A stretch of 60,842 nt of DNA, counting the filler. It is 6 parts of 6 records of this genome, joined end to end, with 100 filler letters (N's around TTAATTAATTAA, not from the genome) between each part and the next. Parts side by side here need not be neighbours in the genome. Positions count along the whole stretch, not along the records: positions 41,430 to 51,971 come from SRR31156797_18262; positions 52,072 to 60,842 come from SRR31156797_18268; 4 more parts are not named here. One strand, given 5' to 3'. The position numbers and the translations under genes are program-made. Every line of letters starts with the position of its first letter. The first letter of the stretch is position 1. The notes below the pieces were generated by a model. The model did no database searches and had not been told where the DNA came from. It saw only the letters and a list, made by a program, of their open reading frames with translations. Shown here in pieces: positions 42,663-52,493 of the stretch.

Positions 42663-43190
42663 ATGAAAATATTTAAGTGGAGTATTTTAATAATTTTGGC
42701 TACTTTGATAATGGGATGTTATCCCAATGTAAAAAGTAACGACTCAGTTATTACTGAATCTGATGGACTTGTAGAAGAGTTTGATCAGGGTAACTATGTT
42801 GATAATGTTACCAGGCAGGTAAGTATTGTGTATTCAGAATCATCTGAAAGGTATTTTGTTTCTACTGACGATGGATTATTTGATGCTTTTACAACTAAAA
42901 AAATAGTGGCAGATTATTATCTTATTGAGGGAATCAAGGAAAAAAGAAAGCCGGTAAATATTTATTTGGTAAAACTTGATCAAAATAAAATATCGATATA
43001 TCAGTTTGACATTCCTAAAAGTAGATTTACTGAGCTTCAAGAAAAATTTAATGTTTCAATAATTTTTGATAAAGACGAGATTTTTATTGAAGGAGAGAGT
43101 TATAATATATATGAATTTACAAAATATTGTATTAAGAATAGATATATAAATACTGACTTTTATTTAACAAAAAAAGTAAATAATCTGTAA
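42663..43190 (+). CDS. Hypothetical lipoprotein
   Basis: Signal peptide with lipobox IMGC. Confidence 0.65.
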   Translation: MKIFKWSILIILATLIMGCYPNVKSNDSVITESDGLVEEFDQGNYVDNVTRQVSIVYSESSERYFVSTDDGLFDAFTTKKIVADYYLIEGIKEKRKPVNIYLVKLDQNKISIYQFDIPKSRFTELQEKFNVSIIFDKDEIFIEGESYNIYEFTKYCIKNRYINTDFYLTKKVNNL

Positions 43191-43215
43191 ATAAAGATTA
43201 AATTTGAGGTGAATT

Positions 43216-44136
43216 ATGTTTTGGGGCAATAAAAGATTTAAAAGTTTAGATTATGCTCTAAAAGAAGAATTTGAAGAAAAAGTATATAAAGTTTCTCTCG
43301 ATGCAGGATTCACCTGTCCAAATAGAGATGGAACTATTAGTACTAAAGGCTGTATATTTTGTAATGAAACTGGCTCAGGTGATTTTACAGGAGATCGAAA
43401 AATATCAATTACAGAACAAATTAATCAGCAATTAGAATTAATAAAAAATAAATTTCCAGATGGAAAAGTAATAGCTTATTTTCAGAATTTTTCTAATACA
43501 TATGGAGAAATAGAGTATCTTGAGCAAATTTATTCAGAAGCTCTGGCTCATGAAAGAGTTTGTGGAATTGCTATTGCAACAAGGCCTGATTGTATTAGTA
43601 GTGATGTTTATGAACTTTTGACAAAATTAAATGAGCAAACTTTTTTATGGATTGAACTTGGTCTTCAAACAGTCAAATCAGAAAGTGCAGAGTTTATTAA
43701 TAGAGGTTATAATCTTTTGCGCTTTGAAGAAGTGCTGGCTAAGTTAAATTTATTAAATATTAAAGTTGTTGTACATTTGATTTTAGGTTTGTATGGAGAA
43801 GATGAAAATGATATATTTAATTCAATTAATTATTTAAATGAAAGAGAAATTTGGGGCATTAAGTTGCACCTTTTACACATAATAAGGGATACAGAACTGC
43901 ACAGATTTTATTTAGAAAATCAATTTGAAATATTTGAAAAAGAGGAGTATATTAAATTAATTTGTAAAATAATTTCAGAGTTAAACCCAAGCACGGTAAT
44001 CCACAGATTAACAGGTGATGGAAATAAACAAACATTGATTGCACCTTTGTGGAGTTTGGATAAAAGAGCAGTTCTAAATGGAATTGAAAAGAGGTTAAAG
44101 GAACTAAATATTTACCAAGGTATAAATTTTGAGTAG
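43216..44136 (+). CDS. TIGR01212 (YhcC-like) radical SAM protein
   Basis: DAGFTCPNRDG...GCIFC, YFQNFSNTY, ATRPDC, IELGLQT, IHRLTGDG, APLW. Confidence 0.93.
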   Translation: MFWGNKRFKSLDYALKEEFEEKVYKVSLDAGFTCPNRDGTISTKGCIFCNETGSGDFTGDRKISITEQINQQLELIKNKFPDGKVIAYFQNFSNTYGEIEYLEQIYSEALAHERVCGIAIATRPDCISSDVYELLTKLNEQTFLWIELGLQTVKSESAEFINRGYNLLRFEEVLAKLNLLNIKVVVHLILGLYGEDENDIFNSINYLNEREIWGIKLHLLHIIRDTELHRFYLENQFEIFEKEEYIKLICKIISELNPSTVIHRLTGDGNKQTLIAPLWSLDKRAVLNGIEKRLKELNIYQGINFE

Positions 44137-44180
44137 AGATTTAAGAAATAGTGCGGACTTTACCCTGGAGGTGCCTAGCT

Positions 44181-45215
44181 TTGAAAAGAAAACATAGAAT
44201 TCTGATTGTAGATGATGTTGAAGAGAATATTCAGGTTGTAGCGAATATACTAAAACCCTTTAATTATTCAATTCAATTTGCAACAGATGGTTTTAAAGCG
44301 TTAAAGTGGTTGAGAAGAAGAAAGTTTGATTTGGTTTTACTTGATATAATGATGCCCGGTATAGATGGTTATCAGGTTTGTGAAGAGATTAGAAAAGATC
44401 CGGTCTTAGGAGAAACACCTGTAATTTTCCTTACCGCAAAAACAAACTCTGATGACATTGTTAAAGGATTTAATGTAGGTGGAAATGATTATATCAAAAA
44501 ACCTTTTAATAAAAATGAGTTAATTGCAAGAATTAAAACCCAATTAAAAATTATAGAAAAAAATGACTTACTCAGAGATGAGAAAAAACTATTTGAACTT
44601 TTGGTTCATGAAAAAACAGCTGAGTTAAAACAATTAACAGTATCGCTTGTGATGACATTGGAAAAAGCAAATTTATATAATGATCTTGATACGGGACTGC
44701 ATATTAAGAGAGTATGTAAATATTCAGCTTTATTGGCTGAAAGATACGGATGCACTGATGATTTTGTCGCAAAAATAGAGATGTATGCATCACTTCATGA
44801 TATCGGAAAAATTGGTGTTCCGGATTCTTTACTTAAAAAACCTGGTAAATATACAGCTGAAGAGTATAGAACAATGCAAGAACACGTAATAATAGGTTAC
44901 CAGCTTCTTGAAGAACTTCACCTGGATGATATGGTTATAAATATTGCTAAATATCATCATGAGAAGTGGAATGGAACAGGTTATGTAGAAGGACTTTCCG
45001 GTGAAGATATACCTCTTGAAGCTAGAATAGTTGCTTTAGCGGATGTTTATGATGCTTTAACCACTAAAAGGGTTTATAAAGATGCATTTACAGAATCAGA
45101 TGCAGATAGGTTAATCTTGGAAAATAAAGGGAAACACTTTGATCCGAAATTAGTTGATATATTTTTAGATTGCAAAGATGAAATTCTTGAAATAAAGGAG
45201 AACCTACATGAGTGA
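44181..45215 (+). CDS. Response regulator with HD-GYP phosphodiesterase domain (RpfG-like)
   Basis: ILIVDD...LLDIMMPG REC; LHDIGKIG, HHEKWNGTGYV, DVYDAL; TTG start after RBS GGAGG. Confidence 0.9.
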   Translation: MKRKHRILIVDDVEENIQVVANILKPFNYSIQFATDGFKALKWLRRRKFDLVLLDIMMPGIDGYQVCEEIRKDPVLGETPVIFLTAKTNSDDIVKGFNVGGNDYIKKPFNKNELIARIKTQLKIIEKNDLLRDEKKLFELLVHEKTAELKQLTVSLVMTLEKANLYNDLDTGLHIKRVCKYSALLAERYGCTDDFVAKIEMYASLHDIGKIGVPDSLLKKPGKYTAEEYRTMQEHVIIGYQLLEELHLDDMVINIAKYHHEKWNGTGYVEGLSGEDIPLEARIVALADVYDALTTKRVYKDAFTESDADRLILENKGKHFDPKLVDIFLDCKDEILEIKENLHE

Positions 45216-47190
45216 AATAAAGTATAGTAACTTAGAGGAACTTTCAAAGCTGGAATTAATAAAAATTGTTGAAGAACAACATAAAAAATTAAGTTCTCTT
45301 GAAAAAGAGAATGAACTTTGGCAGCAGCTGCAATTAAAAAATAAACAAGTAAAAGGTTTATTGACTGATATCGATAAAACTGAAAAAAAATATAAAGATG
45401 TACTTTATAACTTTCCATTACCAATTTTAATTTCTCAAAAATCAGGGAAAGTAACATTTTCAAATAAAAAAAGTGAGAAATTTGTTGGCTATACTCTTAA
45501 AGAAATAGAGAGTATAGATAGAATGTTTGAACTAATATACCCTGATCTTGTTACTCGAGAATATGTAAGAAGAAAATGGAGAAATCAAATTGAGGAGTAT
45601 GAAAGAGATGCAATCCCTATTATCCATTTGACTAATACAATTACTCTTAAAAATAAAAAAGAGAGACATGTTTCTTTTTATGCTGTAGAATTTCAAAATG
45701 ATCTGTTAATAGTTATGGTTGATCTTACAGATAAAAAGAAAATAGAAGACAAATTAATACAAGCAAGAGAAAAAGCTGATAAAGCGAATAAAGCAAAAAC
45801 TAAGTTTTTCGCAAATATGACGCATGAGATTAAGACTCCTATGAATGCAATCCTTGGATTTTCACAGATTTTGGAGCAAACATTATATGAAGATAAAGAT
45901 AAGTATTACGTTAATGCTATAAAAACAGCTGGAAATAATTTGCTGAAATTAATAGATGATCTACTTGATTTTGCTAGATTAGATAGTGATAACCTGCCAC
46001 TAAGTTATGGAAAAACCTATTTGGCAGCAATTATTAATGAGATGAAAGAGATGTTCTCTCTTAAGTTAAGGGAGAAAAATCTTAGCTTTCATATAGAGTG
46101 TGATTCTAATCTTCCTGATGTTTTTATATTGGATGAAGCCAGAATTAAGCAAATAATCTTTAATTTGATAAACAATTCTATTCAGATGACAAATAAAGGG
46201 CATGTGAAAATTTCTCTTCAAGGCCAATTAAAAGAAAAGCATCATGCGGATTTAAAAATAATAATAAAAGATTCAGGTACCGGTATGACGGATCAAAACC
46301 TTGAAGCAATTTTTAACCCTTTCTCTGGAGATAATAAAGCACTCGGTTTAGGCTTGTCTAAACGTCTAATTGATAAAATGAAAGGGAAATTGGATGTGAA
46401 AAGTCAATTAGGTAAAGGAACTGTATTTACTATTGAGCTTAACAATATTCAATATACAAATGAAGTAAGAGGAAAAGTTGATTTTATTGGTGGTGCAATT
46501 GAATTTAATAATGAAACGGTGTTAGTAGTAGATGACACACAATTGAATATTGAAGTTGTAACTGATTTACTTAGAGAAGAGAAATTAAAGCTTTTAACTG
46601 CAAAAAGTGGTATGGAAGCTATAGAAATCTTCACAGAAAATAAGGTTGACTTGATTTTTTTAGATCTAAAAATGCCGGGAATGAGCGGATATGAAACTTT
46701 GGATAAAATCAGAGAGAAGAAAAGAGAGGTTAAAATTGTAGCACTTACAGCTTCTTCTGAATCCGGAGCACAGATTTTAACACATGGATTTGATGCTATA
46801 ATTAAAAAACCTTTTGTTCGAAAAGAATTAATTGATCAGTTATCTAAGCAACTTTACGGAGCTAATAGATTTTTACATATGATTGATGTTGAAGCAGAAC
46901 AGGATCTTAAATTAACAGATGAGTTGTTACTTTCTAAAGAGGAGATAGTATTTTTTCTGGAAAATGAGCTTGAATCAGCTTGGGCAAGTGCAATAGAGTA
47001 TGAAGATGTTGATGAGATAAAAGATTTCGCAAATAGAGTTTATAATTATGCTGATAAAATAAACTTTATGGCTCTTGCTGAATATGCTAGTGATTTAAAG
47101 ATGAATCTCAAGACTTTTAATATAAAAGGCATCAGAAAAAATCTTAATTACTTTGGAACATTTATAGAAAACTTTAAAAGATCAAAATAA
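45208..47190 (+). CDS. Hybrid sensor histidine kinase (PAS-HisKA-HATPase-REC)
   Basis: MTHEIKTPMNAI, NLINNS, DSGTG, GLGL, VLVVDD...DLKMPG. Confidence 0.92.
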   Translation: MSEIKYSNLEELSKLELIKIVEEQHKKLSSLEKENELWQQLQLKNKQVKGLLTDIDKTEKKYKDVLYNFPLPILISQKSGKVTFSNKKSEKFVGYTLKEIESIDRMFELIYPDLVTREYVRRKWRNQIEEYERDAIPIIHLTNTITLKNKKERHVSFYAVEFQNDLLIVMVDLTDKKKIEDKLIQAREKADKANKAKTKFFANMTHEIKTPMNAILGFSQILEQTLYEDKDKYYVNAIKTAGNNLLKLIDDLLDFARLDSDNLPLSYGKTYLAAIINEMKEMFSLKLREKNLSFHIECDSNLPDVFILDEARIKQIIFNLINNSIQMTNKGHVKISLQGQLKEKHHADLKIIIKDSGTGMTDQNLEAIFNPFSGDNKALGLGLSKRLIDKMKGKLDVKSQLGKGTVFTIELNNIQYTNEVRGKVDFIGGAIEFNNETVLVVDDTQLNIEVVTDLLREEKLKLLTAKSGMEAIEIFTENKVDLIFLDLKMPGMSGYETLDKIREKKREVKIVALTASSESGAQILTHGFDAIIKKPFVRKELIDQLSKQLYGANRFLHMIDVEAEQDLKLTDELLLSKEEIVFFLENELESAWASAIEYEDVDEIKDFANRVYNYADKINFMALAEYASDLKMNLKTFNIKGIRKNLNYFGTFIENFKRSK

Positions 47191-47195
47191 AATAT

Positions 47196-47231
47196 AAAAG
47201 CCCTTTGCCTATTCTTTGGCAAAGGGTTTTT
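47196..47231. terminator. Bidirectional intrinsic terminator
   Basis: AAAAG-CCCTTTGCC-tattctt-TGGCAAAGGG-TTTTT between convergent genes. Confidence 0.75.
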
Positions 47232-47236
47232 ATATT

Positions 47237-48094
47237 TTATGAGAAACGATTTCTAAACGTACATTTGCTGCAAAGTATTTCAACAATTTGATTTTGCTTA
47301 AAAGCATTATAAATATTTCGTGCTCTTTCTGATTTAAGAATATTCTCAAGATTGCCTTCTTTTATATTACCCAGATTGATTATCCCATCCTGATCAAGAC
47401 AACATGGAACTATAACTCCGTTTGAGAGAATAGCTATATGAGAGTTCAAGCCCTGACATTTTCCAATATCGCTATTAAACGGCATATCCAAACTTGGCCA
47501 TTCAAATACTTCTTCAAAATTAAGATAAACTTTATCAGCTAATTTAATACCTTTTCCACGAATAAAATTTTCATTAATTTTATTAATATGAAATTGTTTT
47601 TCTAAATATTCAAGTGTAAACTCATTAGAAGAATGACCTGTGTTTTCTGTTATATTCCATAATCTTAACGAGATAAACATATTCTTAGCTGCTTTTGCAA
47701 ACGAGATGATTTTACTTAAATACTCCTGTTGTTTATTGTTATGAGCATTATTACTATCTTCAAAACTATGAAGTGAGAAATTAATTTGACGCACAGATTT
47801 TGAATTTAGTAAAATATCACTATATTCCTCTATTAGAGTTCCGTTAGTTGTAATATTAACTTTTAAATTATATTTTTCTGTTAATTGTATAATTTCTGGA
47901 AAATTAGGATGAAAAAAAGGTTCACCTTTAACATGTAAGTATATGTGATCAGTATATGGTTTTATCTCTTGTAAGATATGTTCAAATAATTCCAAACTCA
48001 TAGATTCCAGAGATCTATTTGAATCAGGGCAAAAACTACAGGACATGTTACATGCGTTAGTTATCTCTATGTATATTCGTTTAAATTTGTTCAT
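47237..48094 (-). CDS. Radical SAM/SPASM-twitch domain protein
   Basis: EITNACNMSCSFC, KGEP, TTNG, C...G.IVPCCLD...C..C. Confidence 0.9.
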   Translation of the reverse strand: MNKFKRIYIEITNACNMSCSFCPDSNRSLESMSLELFEHILQEIKPYTDHIYLHVKGEPFFHPNFPEIIQLTEKYNLKVNITTNGTLIEEYSDILLNSKSVRQINFSLHSFEDSNNAHNNKQQEYLSKIISFAKAAKNMFISLRLWNITENTGHSSNEFTLEYLEKQFHINKINENFIRGKGIKLADKVYLNFEEVFEWPSLDMPFNSDIGKCQGLNSHIAILSNGVIVPCCLDQDGIINLGNIKEGNLENILKSERARNIYNAFKQNQIVEILCSKCTFRNRFS

Positions 48095-48183
48095 ATAAGT
48101 CTCTTTTCTAATTTGATTTTTCTAAAAATAAATTCTACAGAAATATTTAACTAATGTCAATAAAAAACTTTTAAAAACTATAT

Positions 48184-48217
48184 AAAAAAAGCAAGTCTCA
48201 AAATTAGAAGACTTGCT
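48184..48217 (-). terminator. Intrinsic terminator
   Basis: AAAAAAA-GCAAGTCT-loop-AGACTTGC downstream of the 48233 stop. Confidence 0.65.
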
Positions 48218-48232
48218 CTAGAAACTACTTAT

Positions 48233-50374
48233 TTAAAATTCATATCCAATACTTAATTGGTAATAAACACCGGACATGTCAATCTCTCTATATTTTAAAC
48301 CATCTTGATCTAAATCTTGTTCAAGTGCAAGTTCCCCGTCATAGTATTTAAAATCATCAAATTTTAAATTTTTATACCCAACTTCAGCTCCAATAAGTAA
48401 ACCGCCATAATTAAGCTCAAGACCTGTCTTAGCAGCAGCAGAAACACTTTCGTCAACAGCTTGTTCAATAATATCAGCGTCTTCATAATCAGACGAATCA
48501 GTAATCTCTCTAACGTCAGTTTGATTAACGGCACCGAAACCTACATTTGCTCCGATGTATGAAACAAGAGTTCTACCGATTAGGTTAATATTGTATCTCC
48601 CACCAATAGTTAATTCAACACCCTTAACTTCATCTTCTATATTTATATTACCAATTTCCATCTCCCAGTTAACAGGCCATGATAATGCACTGAAGCCAAT
48701 TCCGAGTTTCCATTGAGATGCATCCAACTCTTTTTCTGATATATCCGTTCCGTTATTACCATAATAACCGGTTTTTCCATCAGAATAAGTTGCTTCATCA
48801 TTTTGAATCACTTTAGCATTCTGAATCGATCTTTTTATTTCAAATCGAAGCTTAATATTGCTATCGTTACTTTCTTTTGCGTACATATTTTCTTTAACAT
48901 CCAAAGCACCTCTAACAACTTTTGCTTCAGCATAGTTTTCATTTATTTCCATTATAACGATTTTACCTTTTTGCTTTCGTTTTTCTGATAAAATAAATCC
49001 GGTATCTGGATCTTTTATAATTTCTCCGTTTTTATTATCATAGATATAATAAACATCACCTTTGGCAATATTCATATTTGTTCCTAGGTTTAATAGAACT
49101 TTATTACGTTTTTTCTTAAAGATCCTACCTTGTATTTTTACTTCTTCTTTTGCTTCTCTTATTACAAAACCAGGTTTAACAATAACTCCTGAATTAAACA
49201 CTTCAAAAATTTGTCCAACTGAAACTCGGTCTTCTACACTTGTAATCCTAAGGCCTGCAATTTTATTTTTAAATAATTTATCATTAGGATGATAAATAAA
49301 GAAATCCATATGTTTTTTAACTCCAACTTCAGAACCTTTATTTATCTCTACAATTTTATTTCTTGCAATATCTAAAATTCCGGCACTAATAATAAACTCT
49401 TCATCAACAGCAGCAATAATTTTGTACATTAAATCCTCTCTGGCATCAACGATAGATTTATTTCTATTAGCGTTTTCGAATTCATTACCGTTATGGTATC
49501 CACTACCAGTTGCAGTTTTGGAAATAGTAAATTTAGCATTTTCTCTATCATAGAATTTTATTTCTAATTGAATTGTAGTTCCATAAGCATCATACTCAAT
49601 TATATCTCCGGTTTTGAAATCTCTTACTTCCTCGATTTCATCAATATAGAAACTTAAAATTTTCCCTGAAACTACATAGTCAGCTAATTGTTTATCTTTA
49701 ACAATATTAAATCTGTTAGAACTTATTAACCAGCTTGAAAATTGTTGTTCAATTGCTCCGAGAGATCCGTTTTCTGAATGACCTAGAAAATTTTCTATAA
49801 ATACATTTTTCTTCTTATTTAGAATTTTTGAAATACTTGTAATCTCTGCTTCTACCTCAGCTTTTGTAAAAACCAGGTTTTTAGTTTTACTATCTCCCAA
49901 TAATGATAAAATAGTTTGATAATTATAAAACTCGTTAATTAAATCAGAAATACTTCTTAAAGCTTGTAATCTGCTTTCCTTCTCCATAGTTTTACTTTTA
50001 GAATAGCTAGTATTAATTCTCTCGTATAATTGGTCAATCTCTCTTGAATATACAGGTATCGCACTGCTATCTAAATAAGCTTCAGTTCTGTATTGTCTTA
50101 CTTTTTCCCTAACAGTATTATATTTAACACCAATTAGCTTTATATTTGAAGATACATTCGTTTCTTTTGAAGTACTTTTGAAATACTCATCATTTTGTAC
50201 CGCTTCGATATTATAGAACTCAGAATTAACATCTACAGATATAGTGCTGGTTAATTCCTCGAGTGCAGCTCTTCGTGATTCTTTTTCATTTTTTCCGTAC
50301 CCTGTTCCAGTTAATGCTGCCATTGAAAAAGATGTTATCAATAAGCAAAGCAGGATAATTATTCCCTTTTTCAT
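48233..50374 (-). CDS. Multidomain envelope protein: LPP20-like, CsgG/FlgT-middle-like, two FlgT_C-like domains and a C-terminal beta-barrel
   Basis: Signal peptide; GYG....SRRAALEEL..I.V.V; NRFNIV..ADYVVSGKI; INKG...GV / LNLG...I.KGD..DPDTG; ends YYQLSIGYEF. Confidence 0.6.
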   Translation of the reverse strand: MKKGIIILLCLLITSFSMAALTGTGYGKNEKESRRAALEELTSTISVDVNSEFYNIEAVQNDEYFKSTSKETNVSSNIKLIGVKYNTVREKVRQYRTEAYLDSSAIPVYSREIDQLYERINTSYSKSKTMEKESRLQALRSISDLINEFYNYQTILSLLGDSKTKNLVFTKAEVEAEITSISKILNKKKNVFIENFLGHSENGSLGAIEQQFSSWLISSNRFNIVKDKQLADYVVSGKILSFYIDEIEEVRDFKTGDIIEYDAYGTTIQLEIKFYDRENAKFTISKTATGSGYHNGNEFENANRNKSIVDAREDLMYKIIAAVDEEFIISAGILDIARNKIVEINKGSEVGVKKHMDFFIYHPNDKLFKNKIAGLRITSVEDRVSVGQIFEVFNSGVIVKPGFVIREAKEEVKIQGRIFKKKRNKVLLNLGTNMNIAKGDVYYIYDNKNGEIIKDPDTGFILSEKRKQKGKIVIMEINENYAEAKVVRGALDVKENMYAKESNDSNIKLRFEIKRSIQNAKVIQNDEATYSDGKTGYYGNNGTDISEKELDASQWKLGIGFSALSWPVNWEMEIGNINIEDEVKGVELTIGGRYNINLIGRTLVSYIGANVGFGAVNQTDVREITDSSDYEDADIIEQAVDESVSAAAKTGLELNYGGLLIGAEVGYKNLKFDDFKYYDGELALEQDLDQDGLKYREIDMSGVYYQLSIGYEF

Positions 50375-50549
50375 TTTGACTCCTTTCGATCTATTATCTA
50401 AAATATTGATAATATAAATTATAGTATAGTATTAATCTTAAATTTTAAAAAGAACTTTAAAATTTTAAAATCCTATTTAAAATTTAAGTTTTGCATTTTT
50501 GGCTTCTTCCTGTATAATATTTCTAATATAAATAATATATGGAGGAAAT

Positions 50550-50975
50550 ATGAAAAAACTTATATTTGTTATGCTTATTATTAAAAGTTTGTATATCTTT
50601 GCATTATACCAAGATGGAGAATATTATGTTGAAGCTAAAAAAGAAAAATACGGTTGGAAAGCTTTTACCAAAGTGATTATTAAAAATAATCAAATTAGCT
50701 CAGTAATACACAACCGAAAAAATAAAGCTAGTAATCTTGCTTCGGAAAATTCAGAATATAATAAGAAAATGCTAGCAAAATCAGGAAGCTCAGCTGAAGA
50801 ATATGCTTTTTTAATTCCGGAGAATTATATCAAGTCAAACTACTCGTTAAAGAATATGGATGGAGTAGCCGGAGCAACGACTTCAGTGCTGCAATTTAAG
50901 CAAATGATGAAGTTTTTACTTAAAAAAGCAGAAAAAGGGAAAACAGGTGATTTCACCATAAGGTTAAAAAATTAA
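50550..50975 (+). CDS. Secreted FMN-binding (Tp15-like) flavinylation substrate
   Basis: YQDGEY...YGWK...I.NN.I; DGVAGATTS flavinylation-type motif. Confidence 0.8.
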   Translation: MKKLIFVMLIIKSLYIFALYQDGEYYVEAKKEKYGWKAFTKVIIKNNQISSVIHNRKNKASNLASENSEYNKKMLAKSGSSAEEYAFLIPENYIKSNYSLKNMDGVAGATTSVLQFKQMMKFLLKKAEKGKTGDFTIRLKN

Positions 50976-51111
50976 ATTACTTCAAACTACATTGTAATTT
51001 TAACACAATTTGAGTATAAAAACAATTTAATTAAGTTAAAAAACTTATGTTATATAGTAGAAATATCGGTATGGTTATTAGATTTATGAAGTTAAAAATA
51101 GGAGTGAGGAA

Positions 51112-51909
51112 ATGTATAAAGCAGTAGCACTTGATTTAGATGGAACAATTTTAAATTCTAAAAGTGAAGTAACAGATAAAACGAAAAGTATTTTAAATAA
51201 AATTAGAAATAAGGGAATAAAAGTTGTAATTGCAACAGGTAGAACTTTAACTACTTCTAAACCAATAAAGGATAGATTAGATTTAAATATGCCACTTATT
51301 ACAAATAATGGTTCGAGAGTTTACGATGAAGATAATGCATTATTAAAAGAGTATTGTATTGCTGCAGAAATATTGGAAGAGATCTTGGATTTGGAAAGAA
51401 ATCATAATATTCACTTGAATATTTACGCAAATGAAAGATGGTATGTTGAAAAGGAAAACTATAATAAAAATGTAGTAAACTATCAGAAATATAATAATTT
51501 CTATTATGAATTAACTGATTTTGAAAAATTCAAAGGAGAAAGTGTTACTAAATTAGTCTATATGGGAGATCATGACGAATTAACATTACTTGATAAGCAA
51601 ATAAAAAAAATAAGTCCTGAGCTAAAAACGATGTTCTCAACGGAATACTCACTGGAAGTTATTAATGCAAAAACATCAAAAGCTGCGGCATTATTAACAG
51701 TTTTAGAAAAAGAAAAAATAAAATTAGAAGAAACGATTGCTTTTGGAGATGGATTTAATGACTATGAAATGCTTAAAAGTGCCGGGAAAGCATGTATCAT
51801 GGGGAATGCTCATTATAAATTAAAAGAGAGTCTGCCAAAGATTGAAGTGATCGGGACAAATGATGAGGAAGCAGTAGCTAAGTATCTAGAAAAAGTATAT
51901 AATATTTAA
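51112..51909 (+). CDS. Cof-type HAD-IIB hydrolase
   Basis: DLDGT, ATGR, NNGS, SKA, AFGDGFND.EM, MGNA. Confidence 0.93.
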   Translation: MYKAVALDLDGTILNSKSEVTDKTKSILNKIRNKGIKVVIATGRTLTTSKPIKDRLDLNMPLITNNGSRVYDEDNALLKEYCIAAEILEEILDLERNHNIHLNIYANERWYVEKENYNKNVVNYQKYNNFYYELTDFEKFKGESVTKLVYMGDHDELTLLDKQIKKISPELKTMFSTEYSLEVINAKTSKAAALLTVLEKEKIKLEETIAFGDGFNDYEMLKSAGKACIMGNAHYKLKESLPKIEVIGTNDEEAVAKYLEKVYNI

Positions 51910-51914
51910 AAAAC

Positions 51915-51945
51915 AGCCCTAAGAAATATTTTTTCTTAGGGCTTA
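51915..51945 (+). terminator. Intrinsic terminator-like hairpin
   Basis: AGCCCTAAGAAA-tattt-TTTCTTAGGGCT immediately after the stop. Confidence 0.65.
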
Positions 51946-51971
51946 ATTATAATGAATGTTGTAAATCTTGG

Positions 51972-52071
51972 NNNNNNNNNNNNNNNNNNNNNNNNNNNNN
52001 NNNNNNNNNNNNNNNTTAATTAATTAANNNNNNNNNNNNNNNNNNNNNNNNNNNNNNNNNNNNNNNNNNNN
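51972..52071. other. Artificial contig spacer
   Basis: N44-TTAATTAATTAA-N44. Confidence 0.99.
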
Positions 52072-52493
52072 TTCATGGCTTCAAAGGAGGAAATCGTCCA
52101 GCCTTCTCTCCGGGCATGATTGCATCCCTTGATACCGAAGCAGCTGAAGTCCAGATCCGCAGCGCCGGAGCCATGCTCCCGGACAAAAGTGTCTGCGGCT
52201 TTCAGAACGGAGCTGTTATTATTACCGCACAGACCTTTATCGGCGGTAAAAATAATAAGATGCTCCTTCGTAATTTCGTCGTAGCCTTTGACAACGGGGT
52301 GGGAACAGTCTTTTAAAGAAGCTCCCATAACCCTATGGATCTCATCCACGGCGCCACTGAAAGCCTCCAGATTAGAAAAGGCAGCCAGATGCTTACGCAG
52401 CTTGATCGAAGAAATCATATTCATGGCCCTGGTCACCTTCTGCATATTCTGAAGGGACTGGATCTTACGTCCGAGATCTCTGACGTTACTCAT
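52072..52493 (-). CDS. atpG: F1 ATP synthase gamma subunit, 3'-truncated
   Basis: [35 protein letters not shown]; start ATG 52493 overlaps the atpA stop. Confidence 0.93.

Noticed and set aside
25964-44136. Two TIGR01212 radical SAM genes suggesting a duplication
   Set aside because: They lie on different contigs from apparently different organisms.
17283-52071. Five identical N44-TTAATTAATTAA-N44 blocks, and ORFs running into them
   Set aside because: These are artificial concatenation linkers. Composition and taxonomy change across most of them, so gene adjacency across a spacer and X-containing ORF ends have no biological meaning.
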